DNA from: a virus
Reading direction: 5' to 3' (one strand)
Length of the DNA stretch: 37,733 nucleotides
IMG/VR virus record: IMGVR_UViG_3300009156_000026
Coordinates: 1 to 37,733 of that record
Both the position numbers and the translations under genes were made by a program. Positions 8,475 through 16,611 of this stretch are shown here, piece by piece (within the stretch, counting starts at the first letter, position 1; every line of letters begins with the position of its first letter). The notes beneath the pieces are model-generated. The model did no database searches, was not told where the DNA came from, and was given only the letters and a program-made list of their open reading frames with translations.

Positions 8475-9872
8475 CTAGACGCCGACGGGGATCCCAATCT
8501 CGGACTGCGTCCGAGTTGGGATCCCGACGGCCTGTCGAGACCCGGCGGCCTCCAGGCTGTCGTCGTCCTCATCGCCCAGGCTGACGTCGGCGGCCTGACG
8601 GACGCCGGTATCCAGCCCCTGGCTGTCGTCGTCGTCGTCGAACAGGTCCGACGGGACAGCAGCCGACTCGCGACGCAGCAGGCTCTGGAGCTCCTCGACG
8701 TCGCCGCCGAGCCCGACGTCCTGCATCACGGCAGATCCGCGCTTGCCGACCTTCTTGTCCATCTCCATCAGGCTGAGCCGCGCCTCGGCCCCGAGCGTGG
8801 TCAGCACGCCCTTGAGCTCCTCGGCCGAGCGCTTCTGTGACGGCTGGTCCAGGATGCCCTGGAGGGACGCCAGGCGCGCCTGCAAGGAGCCGTTGCCCTC
8901 GTCCCAGAAGTCGAGCAGCTTGGCCTGCTTCAGGAACTTGGAGAGGGCGGTGCTGCTGTTCCGATCCAGCTTGCCGTCGTTGTCCTGGGCGACCTTGAGG
9001 GCGGCCGAGACGGCGTCGAAGACCTGGGTCTGAAGCTGGACGCGGACCTCCTCGACGAACTGCGAGACGCCCTTGCCAGCCTTCTCCGAGGCGGTCCGCT
9101 CGACCTCGTCGAGCATGATCCGTTCGGCCTCGGTCAGGCGGATGTCGCCAGCGGCCACTCGGTCGCGCTCGACCCGTGCGAGGTCGGGCAGCGAGGTGCA
9201 GTAGAACTTGATCTTCAGCTTGGTGCGGATCGTCTGGACCGTCGGGATCTCGGCCGCGATCATGTCCAGCTTGCCCTGGACCCAGGCGTCCTTGTCCGCG
9301 AAGTTGTCGAGCCGGGCGCCCGTGCCGAGCACCTTCAGCCGATCGTGGGTGCCCTGGAGAAAGCCCAGGAACGCGGTCAGGGTCTCCTTCTTGAGGTCGT
9401 CGTACTGCTCCTCGACCTTGTCCAGGAGGAGCGCAAACTGACCCTCGACCTCGCGGTGCGCGGACAGCCACTCGGCAAACGCCGGCAGCGGGACCCAGGC
9501 GCCCCAGAAGGTGGCGTACGACCATTTCTCCAGGCGGTAGCGGGCGCGGGAGTCCAGCTTCTCGAACTCCTCGTGGATCCGCAGCGGCAGCAGGTAGCGG
9601 TGGCCAGGGGCCAGGAACTGCCGCAGCCGCTTGGCCTCCTCGGGGTCGGCCGGCTCGATCCCGAGCATCTCCAGATCAAGCTGCAGCTTGAAGCGCTCGC
9701 GGGAGATCGAGAGGTCGACGACCACGCCCTTCTCGGCGTACTTGAGCCAGCGCGCGTCACGGGCGTAGACCTCGACGCCGAGCGCCTCGGAGAGCTCACG
9801 GTTGAGCGAGTCCACGCCGTTCTTCCTGGTCGGGTCCTCGGTGCGGGTGATGGTCTGGGTCTGGTCTTCCAT
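8475..9872 (-). CDS. DUF3150-like helical protein with acidic C-terminal tail
   Basis: LLP...F...SRAR..L...S..TFWG.WVP pattern followed by long helices; AGGAGACCCACC-ATG; family call by eye. Confidence 0.55.
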   Translation of the reverse strand: MEDQTQTITRTEDPTRKNGVDSLNRELSEALGVEVYARDARWLKYAEKGVVVDLSISRERFKLQLDLEMLGIEPADPEEAKRLRQFLAPGHRYLLPLRIHEEFEKLDSRARYRLEKWSYATFWGAWVPLPAFAEWLSAHREVEGQFALLLDKVEEQYDDLKKETLTAFLGFLQGTHDRLKVLGTGARLDNFADKDAWVQGKLDMIAAEIPTVQTIRTKLKIKFYCTSLPDLARVERDRVAAGDIRLTEAERIMLDEVERTASEKAGKGVSQFVEEVRVQLQTQVFDAVSAALKVAQDNDGKLDRNSSTALSKFLKQAKLLDFWDEGNGSLQARLASLQGILDQPSQKRSAEELKGVLTTLGAEARLSLMEMDKKVGKRGSAVMQDVGLGGDVEELQSLLRRESAAVPSDLFDDDDDSQGLDTGVRQAADVSLGDEDDDSLEAAGSRQAVGIPTRTQSEIGIPVGV

Positions 9873-9903
9873 GGTGGGTCTCCTGGGGGTGGTGGGTGAG
9901 AGC

Positions 9904-10266
9904 CTAGCGCCGCACCTGCGGCTCGAAGAGCTCGTCGTCGTCGTCGTCGAACAAGGGGCGGGCCTCCGGCACCGTCGGGAGCGGTGCCGGAGTACCCGTG
10001 GCTGGGCTGTCCACGACAGGCTGGGTCGGCTCGGTCGGGACGCTGAACGTGTTACTGGCGAACGCGGCGCTCAGGTGCTTGCAGCGGAACCGCATCCGCT
10101 CCTCGGGTGAGCGCTCGGGGTTGCGGGTGGTCTGGAAGAAAAACGCCGGGCAACTGCACGTTGCTGAGCCGTCGTCGTAGACCACCAGTCGATACTCGGT
10201 CGGCAGGCCGGTGCTGCGCTCGACCCGATTGGCCGAACGCACCGAACCGCTCCAGATCGCCCGCAC
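9904..10266 (-). CDS. SWIM zinc-finger protein
   Basis: YRLVV...ATCSCPAF...CKHL (CxC...CxH); GAGGAGG SD, GTG start just after the ATPase stop. Confidence 0.8.
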   Translation of the reverse strand: MRAIWSGSVRSANRVERSTGLPTEYRLVVYDDGSATCSCPAFFFQTTRNPERSPEERMRFRCKHLSAAFASNTFSVPTEPTQPVVDSPATGTPAPLPTVPEARPLFDDDDDELFEPQVRR

Positions 10267-10267
10267 G

Positions 10268-12211
10268 TTACACCTCCTCGTCGTCGTACGCGTCGAAGGC
10301 ATCGGTGTCGGTGATGGCGGTCCGAGCGGCGCCGACCTGGGGACGGGCGGCGGTCTTGGCGCGGGCCTGCTGCTTGCCCACGCGGTCGCGGTACCGCTCC
10401 GGGACCAAGCTGCGGAAGTTGCAGGCGCGGACCGCGAGGTCGGTGTGGAGCTCGACGTCAGCCGTCGACCGCACCATGTCGTCGAGGCCGGCCTCGAAGG
10501 CTCTGGCTGAGACCGAGCGATCGTCGCCGTCCGTCTCGGGCATCAGCCTGAGGCGGACCCGGTAGCCGGCCTCACCGACCAGCGCTTCGAGCTCGGCCGG
10601 CGTCCAGAGGTCGGTCGCCTCCCCGATCGCGAGGAGCTCCGCGTCCGACGGCATCGGCACCCGCTTGCGCCGACAGAGCGCAGCCACGGCGGCTGCGCGC
10701 TCCGAGGCCGAGTCCGGCGGCAGCAAGGGGATCGTGTAGTCGATGCGACCCGGGCGCTTGAACGCCGCATCGATCTGGTCGGGCCTGTTGGTGGCCGCGA
10801 TCAGCAGGATCTTGCCACGGTGCTTGTCGTTCGAGAAGAACTTCAGGAGCTCCCCGAACGTGTTGCCCTCGACCGAGTCGCCACCACCACCGCCGCCGCC
10901 CACGACGCGCTTGACCTTCTGGTCGAGCTCGTCAATAAAGACGACACACGGCGCCAGCGCCTCGATCCCGGTCAGCGCCTTGCGGAGCTTCTTCTCCGAC
11001 TCCCCGACGTACTGACCCTTGATCTTGTCGGCCTGGAGCTCGACGCAGTTGAGGCCCGTTTCGTGGGCGATCGCGCGAGCCACCCAGGTCTTGCCGGTAC
11101 CGGCCGGGCCCGCGAACATCAGCCCCATCGGGCAGACGTCGTGGAGGTCGGGGTCGCGCAGGGTGTTCAGCACCCGCTCCTGGAGAAACTGCTTGGCCCG
11201 ATCGTGGCCGCCGACCATCTCGAAGGTGACGTCGGGTTCGAGGATCTCCAGGACCTCGGCGTACTCCGAGGCGATCAGGTCGGCTTTGCGCTCCTTGACC
11301 ATCTCGCGGGTCAGCCGCCCGCCGTTGGCCGCTGCCCGCATGGCGATATCTTCGATGTGCCGCCTGCCCAGGCCGGCTGTTTCGTTGGCGAGCTCCATCT
11401 CGGTCAGGCCGTCGAGCTCGGCCCGACGGTCGGGCAGGGTCCGCGCGATGAACGCCAGTCGCTGGTCGACATCGGGGACGCCGACCTCGATCGTGCGGAT
11501 GCCCGAGGTCGAGGTGCGGAGGTCCGGGTGGATGTCCTCCAGCGAGGGGGCCAGGATGATGACCAGGGCCTTGTTGCGGTTGATCTCGATCGAGCGGCCG
11601 GCGCGGTCGAGGATGGCGAGCAGGCGGCGGTCGGTCGGGCCGAGGCGGGCCTTGTCCTCGGGTGGGACAATCAAGTCGGCGCGCTCGACGATGATGGCGG
11701 CGCGGGCGCCGACGGCGCGGCGGGCCTCGCCACGGCCAACGACCCGCTGGGGGACGCCGGGCTCTTCGATGGTGGCGCCACGGGCCCACTCGATCAGCTT
11801 GTCGATGGCCGAGGGGGCGTCGTCGGGCAGCTTGCCCTGGTTGCCGGCACCGACCGCAGCACCGGCAGCGGCCAGCGCTGCGAGGGGGTTGAAGGCATCG
11901 GCCGCCGACTCGTCCTGCTGCTCGATGCCGAGCACCCGCTCGACCCAGGCTCGGGACTCCTTGGCCACGAGCTCGGTGCCCGGGAACGTGACCCCCTGAT
12001 CGGGGGCGAAGGTGGCGACCGCGTGCAGCCGCAGCAGGCGCTGTTCGAGGTACTCGCGCAGCGTCAGGTTGGTCGAGGGGTGCTCGACGTAGTCAGCGAC
12101 GGCGCCGTGCAGCACGAAGACGTTGGCGGTGCCCGCTCGGTAGGTGTTCTGGAGCTCCGTCCACCAGGACGGGGTGACGGGGGTGGACAGGACGTCGAGC
12201 TCTTCAGCCAT
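10268..12211 (-). CDS. AAA+ ATPase (Ycf46/SpoVK-like, degenerate N-terminal AAA domain)
   Basis: Walker A GPAGTGKT, pore loop GQYVGESE, Walker B VVFIDE, SRH AATNRPDQIDAAFKRPGRID. Confidence 0.92.
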   Translation of the reverse strand: MAEELDVLSTPVTPSWWTELQNTYRAGTANVFVLHGAVADYVEHPSTNLTLREYLEQRLLRLHAVATFAPDQGVTFPGTELVAKESRAWVERVLGIEQQDESAADAFNPLAALAAAGAAVGAGNQGKLPDDAPSAIDKLIEWARGATIEEPGVPQRVVGRGEARRAVGARAAIIVERADLIVPPEDKARLGPTDRRLLAILDRAGRSIEINRNKALVIILAPSLEDIHPDLRTSTSGIRTIEVGVPDVDQRLAFIARTLPDRRAELDGLTEMELANETAGLGRRHIEDIAMRAAANGGRLTREMVKERKADLIASEYAEVLEILEPDVTFEMVGGHDRAKQFLQERVLNTLRDPDLHDVCPMGLMFAGPAGTGKTWVARAIAHETGLNCVELQADKIKGQYVGESEKKLRKALTGIEALAPCVVFIDELDQKVKRVVGGGGGGGDSVEGNTFGELLKFFSNDKHRGKILLIAATNRPDQIDAAFKRPGRIDYTIPLLPPDSASERAAAVAALCRRKRVPMPSDAELLAIGEATDLWTPAELEALVGEAGYRVRLRLMPETDGDDRSVSARAFEAGLDDMVRSTADVELHTDLAVRACNFRSLVPERYRDRVGKQQARAKTAARPQVGAARTAITDTDAFDAYDDEEV

Positions 12212-12250
12212 CAGAGGGGTCTCCTATAGGGGTGAGTCTAGCGAGCAGTC

Positions 12251-12308
12251 GGGCCCGCTCGCAGAGCACCCGCTGGCAGGTAGCCAGTGGGTGCCTAGCG
12301 GCCGGGTC
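12251..12308. repeat. Conserved intergenic hairpin, copy B
   Basis: GGGCCCGCTCGCAGAGCACCC...GGGTGCCTAGCGGCCGGGTC, compensatory T-A to G-C change versus copies A and C. Confidence 0.85.
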
Positions 12309-12322
12309 AGGCTGAGGGGTTT

Positions 12323-12547
12323 CTAGTGGTGGCTGGCGCCCAGACGGTGGGCGACCTGATGGGACTTGTCGTCGAGGTGCTTCTCGGGCTCGGACAGCCC
12401 GACGATCGGGAGCTCGGTGCCGATGACCCGAAAGAAGCGCTTCAGGGCTGGGCCCGCTTTCTCGAAGGTGGTGCCCGAGGGGATGCCCGCCGACAGCGAG
12501 CCGTCCGGGCCCTGGATCAGGATGATCTCGATCGTCTCGGCGCTCAT
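12323..12547 (-). CDS. Small DUF2997-like protein
   Basis: TAAGGAG SD; TIEIILIQGPDGSL beta-hairpin start, 74 aa, directly upstream of AAA ATPase; family by resemblance and synteny. Confidence 0.5.
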   Translation of the reverse strand: MSAETIEIILIQGPDGSLSAGIPSGTTFEKAGPALKRFFRVIGTELPIVGLSEPEKHLDDKSHQVAHRLGASHH

Positions 12548-12557
12548 GGGTGGCTCC

Positions 12558-12968
12558 TTAGAGGGGGATGCGGATCTTGGTGACGCGGGCCGCGCCCTGG
12601 CGGGCGTCCGACTGGATGGCAAGCTGGCCGTACTGGGCCTTGATGGCGGCGACCAGCCGCTCCTGGACGAGCGGGATGGCCAGCGCCTGGGCGAGCTCGG
12701 TGGCCTTGGCCGAGAGGGCGGCGATCTGGGCGGGGGTCAGGTCCAGCCGAGATGCCTGCACCTGGATGCCGTCTGCCCAGATGCGGACGGTGGCGGTGCG
12801 GCTGGTCAGGTAGGCGGTCTCGCCGTTGCGCTGGATGACGGGGACGCCGCCCATCACCTGGGCGAGCGCCTGGGCCAGCGCCTTGAGGCCGGCCTCGGAC
12901 TTGAGGAGCTCGACGCCGTACTTGGCGTCGAGCCGAGCGGAAACCACGGCGAGCATCGAACACACCAT
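12558..12968 (-). CDS. DUF1257/Ycf35-like protein
   Basis: 136 aa, C-terminal helix then beta-hairpin (QERLVAAIKAQYG...VTKIRI); synteny with DUF2997-like and AAA genes; family inferred. Confidence 0.45.
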   Translation of the reverse strand: MVCSMLAVVSARLDAKYGVELLKSEAGLKALAQALAQVMGGVPVIQRNGETAYLTSRTATVRIWADGIQVQASRLDLTPAQIAALSAKATELAQALAIPLVQERLVAAIKAQYGQLAIQSDARQGAARVTKIRIPL

Positions 12969-12976
12969 CTAGGTAC

Positions 12977-13447
12977 CTACTTTCCTGTCTTCGCTTCCGC
13001 CGCGTCCCACCGTCGATGGCAGAAGCGGCAGAGCCAGCGGACCTCAAGCGGTCGGCTGTAGTCGTGGTGGGCGGCTTCAATAGGGCCAGGGCCGCCGCAC
13101 TCCTGGCAGGTGTCGGGCTTGACCAGCGCGCCCCGCTTGATAGCGGCGCGAACCGCGTTGCCGGCGTTCCACATCAGGCGGAAGCGAGCCTTGATCGCTG
13201 GGTCTCGCTTCCGTTCGCGCGCCTCCTCGGCCAGCCGTTCGCGGTGCCGCTCGCGGTAGCGGGCGACGTTGCGGTTCGTGGTGGCTCGCACCCGTTCGGG
13301 ATCGGCAGCCCTGGCTCGACGCAGGTGCGCGTTGTGGGCCTCGGGGTTGGCTCGCACGCGCTCGACCTGGAGCGCTGACTCACATTTCATACAGGTGCGC
13401 CGCTGGGGGCGGAATGGGCCGTCGCCCCCGCAACGCTTGCAGACCAT
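12977..13447 (-). CDS. HNH endonuclease-like protein
   Basis: N-terminal CKRC...CMKC; C-terminal G.LVKPDTCQECG...EAAHHDYSRPLEVRWLCRFCH. Confidence 0.85.
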   Translation of the reverse strand: MVCKRCGGDGPFRPQRRTCMKCESALQVERVRANPEAHNAHLRRARAADPERVRATTNRNVARYRERHRERLAEEARERKRDPAIKARFRLMWNAGNAVRAAIKRGALVKPDTCQECGGPGPIEAAHHDYSRPLEVRWLCRFCHRRWDAAEAKTGK

Positions 13448-13467
13448 CAGTCAATCCTCCTGGTGGG

Positions 13468-13716
13468 TTAGATCAGGCTCGGCTGAGCCAGGGCGGCGTC
13501 CTCGCGGTTCTTGAGCGACTGGAGGCGGGCGGTGATGAGATGGGCGTTGGCGGCCATCTCAGACAGGCGGGCGCGCTCGGTGGCGTTGGAGGCGATCTCG
13601 CTCTCCAGCTTGCGCGCCTGACGCGCGATCCGCTCGGCCAGCCGACGGACCGTACGGGCCTCCTGGCGGCGGCCATCGCGAAAGCCGGCGATGATGGCGA
13701 TCTCGTTGGCGTTCAT
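13468..13716 (-). CDS. Coiled-coil hypothetical protein
   Basis: TAGGAGAGACCC-ATG; helical heptads. Confidence 0.7.
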   Translation of the reverse strand: MNANEIAIIAGFRDGRRQEARTVRRLAERIARQARKLESEIASNATERARLSEMAANAHLITARLQSLKNREDAALAQPSLI

Positions 13717-13725
13717 GGGTCTCTC

Positions 13726-14013
13726 CTAGAGGGTGATGTCGTCGCGGTTGCACGGGCCTCGGAACCAGAGCGCGATCGGCGCGCTGGCGCTATGGCAGGT
13801 GCGGGGCTTGAGGTCGTAGGTGACGGTGTGGCGCGGGGTCAGGCTGACGACGTAGGCGCCGTGCTCGTGGCCGCGCTGGTGGATGCTGCCGTGGTTGTCG
13901 CACTTGATGCGGAGCAGGCGGTCGCGCTCGTGCTGGAGGCGGCGCAGCGCGTACTCGCGGTCGGTGCCAGAGACGAGCTCCTCGCCGTCGCGGCCAGCGT
14001 GGTAGTGGGTCAT
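13726..14013 (-). CDS. Hypothetical protein
   Basis: AAGGAGAGACCC-ATG. Confidence 0.7.
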   Translation of the reverse strand: MTHYHAGRDGEELVSGTDREYALRRLQHERDRLLRIKCDNHGSIHQRGHEHGAYVVSLTPRHTVTYDLKPRTCHSASAPIALWFRGPCNRDDITL

Positions 14014-14023
14014 GGGTCTCTCC

Positions 14024-14185
14024 TTAGCGGGGGTCGGCCATCTCGGCGCGGGGGCAGTCGTCCTCGTGGGCGTACGGGTCGGGCTCGGTCGGGTGCTCGG
14101 TGTTGATCGTGACGTGGGCGCCGCAAGCGCCGCACTCGACGTCCTGCCAGACGGAGCGGATGTAGAGCGGTCGAAGGCTGTCCAC
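14024..14185 (-). CDS. Small Zn-binding protein (CxxC...HxxxC)
   Basis: GAGGAGACCCCCC-GTG; ECGACG...HEDDCP. Confidence 0.65.
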   Translation of the reverse strand: MDSLRPLYIRSVWQDVECGACGAHVTINTEHPTEPDPYAHEDDCPRAEMADPR

Positions 14186-14216
14186 GGGGGGTCTCCTCAG
14201 GGGTGATCTAGCGGTC

Positions 14217-14267
14217 GGGCCCGCTCTCAGGCCCACCAGCGCTGACTGGTGGGCTAGAGGCCGGGTC
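14217..14267. repeat. Conserved intergenic hairpin, copy C
   Basis: GGGCCCGCTCTCAG-GCCCACCAG...CTGGTGGG-CTAGAGGCCGGGTC. Confidence 0.85.
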
Positions 14268-14271
14268 GGAC

Positions 14272-14844
14272 TCAGTAGGTGCGGGACTCGCGCTCGGAGC
14301 GGATCATCCGAGCGCAGTTCTTGCGGCCGACCGAGTGGCCGATCACGTAGGTGCCGATCGTGCGGCTGGTGCTGCCAGGGCTGGCCCGCAGGTGGAGCAG
14401 TGACAGTTCGTCAACGGCCAGACCGCTCTCGCGGGTGATCTGGTTGTAGTTGCCACGCACCCAGCGGAGGTGGAACTGGTCACCCGGGCGAAGCTGGCGG
14501 GCGATGGTGGCCCAGACGCCGTTCGGCTCGGACGGCCAGTGGATCGAGTAGCAGGCGCGCAGTCGAAGCTGGGCGAGCTCCTCGTCGGGTAGCGGGTTCG
14601 AGGACGCGCGACCCTCTTCGTAGTTGGTGATCGAGGAGTTGACCGGGATCTCGATCCGCACGCGCACGTCCTCACCGTGCAGGGTGGACTTGATGTTGGC
14701 GACGATGGCGCCGGTCCAGAGGTCTTCCTCGTTGTGGAAGAGCACGATGGAGTCGTTCGCGGCCTTCAGGGCCTTTACCTGCTCCTTGGTCAGCGGCTCG
14801 ACGACAGGGCGGGTGCTGGTGATGAGCGCGAGTGCCTGGGTCAC
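14272..14844 (-). CDS. Hypothetical protein, first gene of leftward operon
   Basis: AAGGAGACCCACC-GTG start. Confidence 0.75.
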   Translation of the reverse strand: MTQALALITSTRPVVEPLTKEQVKALKAANDSIVLFHNEEDLWTGAIVANIKSTLHGEDVRVRIEIPVNSSITNYEEGRASSNPLPDEELAQLRLRACYSIHWPSEPNGVWATIARQLRPGDQFHLRWVRGNYNQITRESGLAVDELSLLHLRASPGSTSRTIGTYVIGHSVGRKNCARMIRSERESRTY

Positions 14845-15460
14845 GGTGGGTCTCCTTGGGGGGTGGTTCTGCGTTCGGGCGCAGAATGCAACAGCCGACC
14901 AGGATTGACTCCTGGTCGGCTGCTGGATCTACGTCAGAAGCTCTGAGGTAGGGGCTGGGTCGTTGGTGGGGCGGATCGTCTCCAGTTGGGGTCCTGCCAG
15001 ACGGAGGGGCGCCGACAGCGGCAGGGTTGGGGTGCTCGTGCCGGAAGTCCCGGACACGAGGAAGAAAGCCCCCGATCAGGTCAGCAGTCGCGGCTCTCTC
15101 ATCCGCTCGGGCGGGCCGTCATTGACCCCCAGTCCCGTGTACCCGCCTGATGCGACGGGCTCCCTATGACGATCGCCTGGAGCGGTTCGAGTGGCCTGGA
15201 CTAGACGCCTCCTGAGGGTGACGCCCGCGCGAGGGGCGCGCTGGCGGGCGACCCGCTCGCGGGCCACCAGGGGAATTATCGCTGTTCTTCCTGGTACAGC
15301 ACCATACATAGTGGTACATCGCACGTGCCCATAGTTGCCATTTTGGGCACACTTTGCGAAACTGGAGCCGGGAGGCATCGACAGTCAGCGCCGGGCATCT
15401 CGGTGCATGTGCTATGAATGAGCGGGGGCCCGCCCGGAGACGCGGGCCCAGGAGGTTGAG
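14845..15460. promoter_or_regulatory. Divergent control region
   Basis: Strand switch; lower-GC patch about 15270-15365 with inverted repeat GTGCCCA-N12-TGGGCAC (15325-15350) containing TTGCCA; several hairpins. Confidence 0.6.
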
Positions 15461-15667
15461 ATGGCGGTGTCGACCCCTGCCGAGCAGGCAGCAGACGAGC
15501 CCCAGATGCTGACCGTGGCCGAGGTCGCAGCCCTGCTGCGGGTCAAGGAAGAGACGGTCAGGTGGTGGCTCAAGAACGGACGGATGCGCGGCTTCAAGTC
15601 GAGCTCGACGTGGCAGTCCCACTGGCGGATCCCGCGCTCGGAGCTCGAACGGCTGGGAGCGGCGTGA
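15461..15667 (+). CDS. Excisionase/Cro-like HTH_17 DNA-binding protein
   Basis: MLTVAEVAALLRVKEETVRWWLKNGRMRGFK...WRIPRSEL; AGGAGG SD. Confidence 0.88.
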   Translation: MAVSTPAEQAADEPQMLTVAEVAALLRVKEETVRWWLKNGRMRGFKSSSTWQSHWRIPRSELERLGAA

Positions 15668-15668
15668 C

Positions 15669-15902
15669 ATGCGACAGCCCGGCCCGAGCATCCCCCCGTG
15701 TCCGTCACGACGGAGTGACGGGCGGGCCTGCGGTGGACGGCTGGTGCTGGTCCGACCCGGCAGCTACGCCTGTCAGGGCTGCCGAAAGCTGTACGGGGCC
15801 GGCGACGTCCGCGCCCTCGGCCTCGCCGCTGCGCGCCCGCCGCCACCTCGGCGGCGAGCCGGCGGACGCCAGCTACGCCTGCCCTTGGGCAGTGAGCACT
15901 AG
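15669..15902 (+). CDS. Small Zn-ribbon protein
   Basis: CPS...CGG...YACQGC. Confidence 0.55.
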   Translation: MRQPGPSIPPCPSRRSDGRACGGRLVLVRPGSYACQGCRKLYGAGDVRALGLAAARPPPPRRRAGGRQLRLPLGSEH

Positions 15903-15990
15903 GCGCGGGCCTGGGCCCGGCGTTATGATGGCCGGCATTCTCCACCGCGCAGCAACGAGCGCAGCGAGACCGCAGATATTGGAGCGCAGG

Positions 15991-16386
15991 ATGCACCCCT
16001 CGGATCCCGGGTCCATCCCGTCGAACGGCGGCGCCAACTGGCCGGAGCTCTACGCGGAGCGGGCCGAGGCGCGCATCGCCTACGTGGCCGCCCGAGCGGC
16101 CATCTGCGAGACCCACGGTCGGCTATTGCTGGCGCACGCCGACGTGCCCACCGACCTCAGACACGCCACGGTGGCCCAAGACGAGGAGTACCAGTGGGCC
16201 GTGAGCTCGGCCCAGGCAGCCTACGCACGGGTAGTCCGGGCCGAGGCCGCGATCGAGACCCAGCGCGCCGCCAGACTCGACCTCGACGTGGATGGCCTGC
16301 GGCGACGGGCTGATGGGGCGATCAGCGCCATGGAGCAGGCCGCCACGATGATCAGGAAGGTGGCCGGATCCAGTCTTGACCGCTAG
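15991..16386 (+). CDS. Helical hypothetical protein
   Basis: GGAG SD before MHPSDPG inside ORF 15562-16386. Confidence 0.6.
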   Translation: MHPSDPGSIPSNGGANWPELYAERAEARIAYVAARAAICETHGRLLLAHADVPTDLRHATVAQDEEYQWAVSSAQAAYARVVRAEAAIETQRAARLDLDVDGLRRRADGAISAMEQAATMIRKVAGSSLDR

Positions 16387-16398
16387 TCCAGAGAACGA

Positions 16399-16425
16399 AG
16401 ACCCCGCCCATGGTGGGCGGGGTCT
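16399..16425. other. GC-rich hairpin (possible terminator/attenuator)
   Basis: AGACCCCGCCCA-TGG-TGGGCGGGGTCT, no strong U-tract. Confidence 0.5.
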
Positions 16426-16611
16426 CGTGTGAAAGGAGCGATACCGAGCTAGCCATCAACCTCCAGCGGTAACGATGCGGCCAGCGCGGGCCCTGATATG
16501 TGCGGGGGCACCACCCCCCACGATCAGCGCCCGATCGGCCCACCGAGATCGCACCCTCGACCGTCCGTACGTCGACCCCTGCGTCAGTTTCCACGCTCTC
16601 GCAGGAGGTCT

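Noticed and set aside
6405-12229. Long plus-strand ORFs (6405-8456, 10820-12229, 11019-11999) and similar shadows elsewhere
   Set aside because: Antisense shadows of real genes, expected at high GC; no SD or motifs
16498-16611. Longer start for the initiator
   Set aside because: The AGGAGG SD supports ATG at 16612
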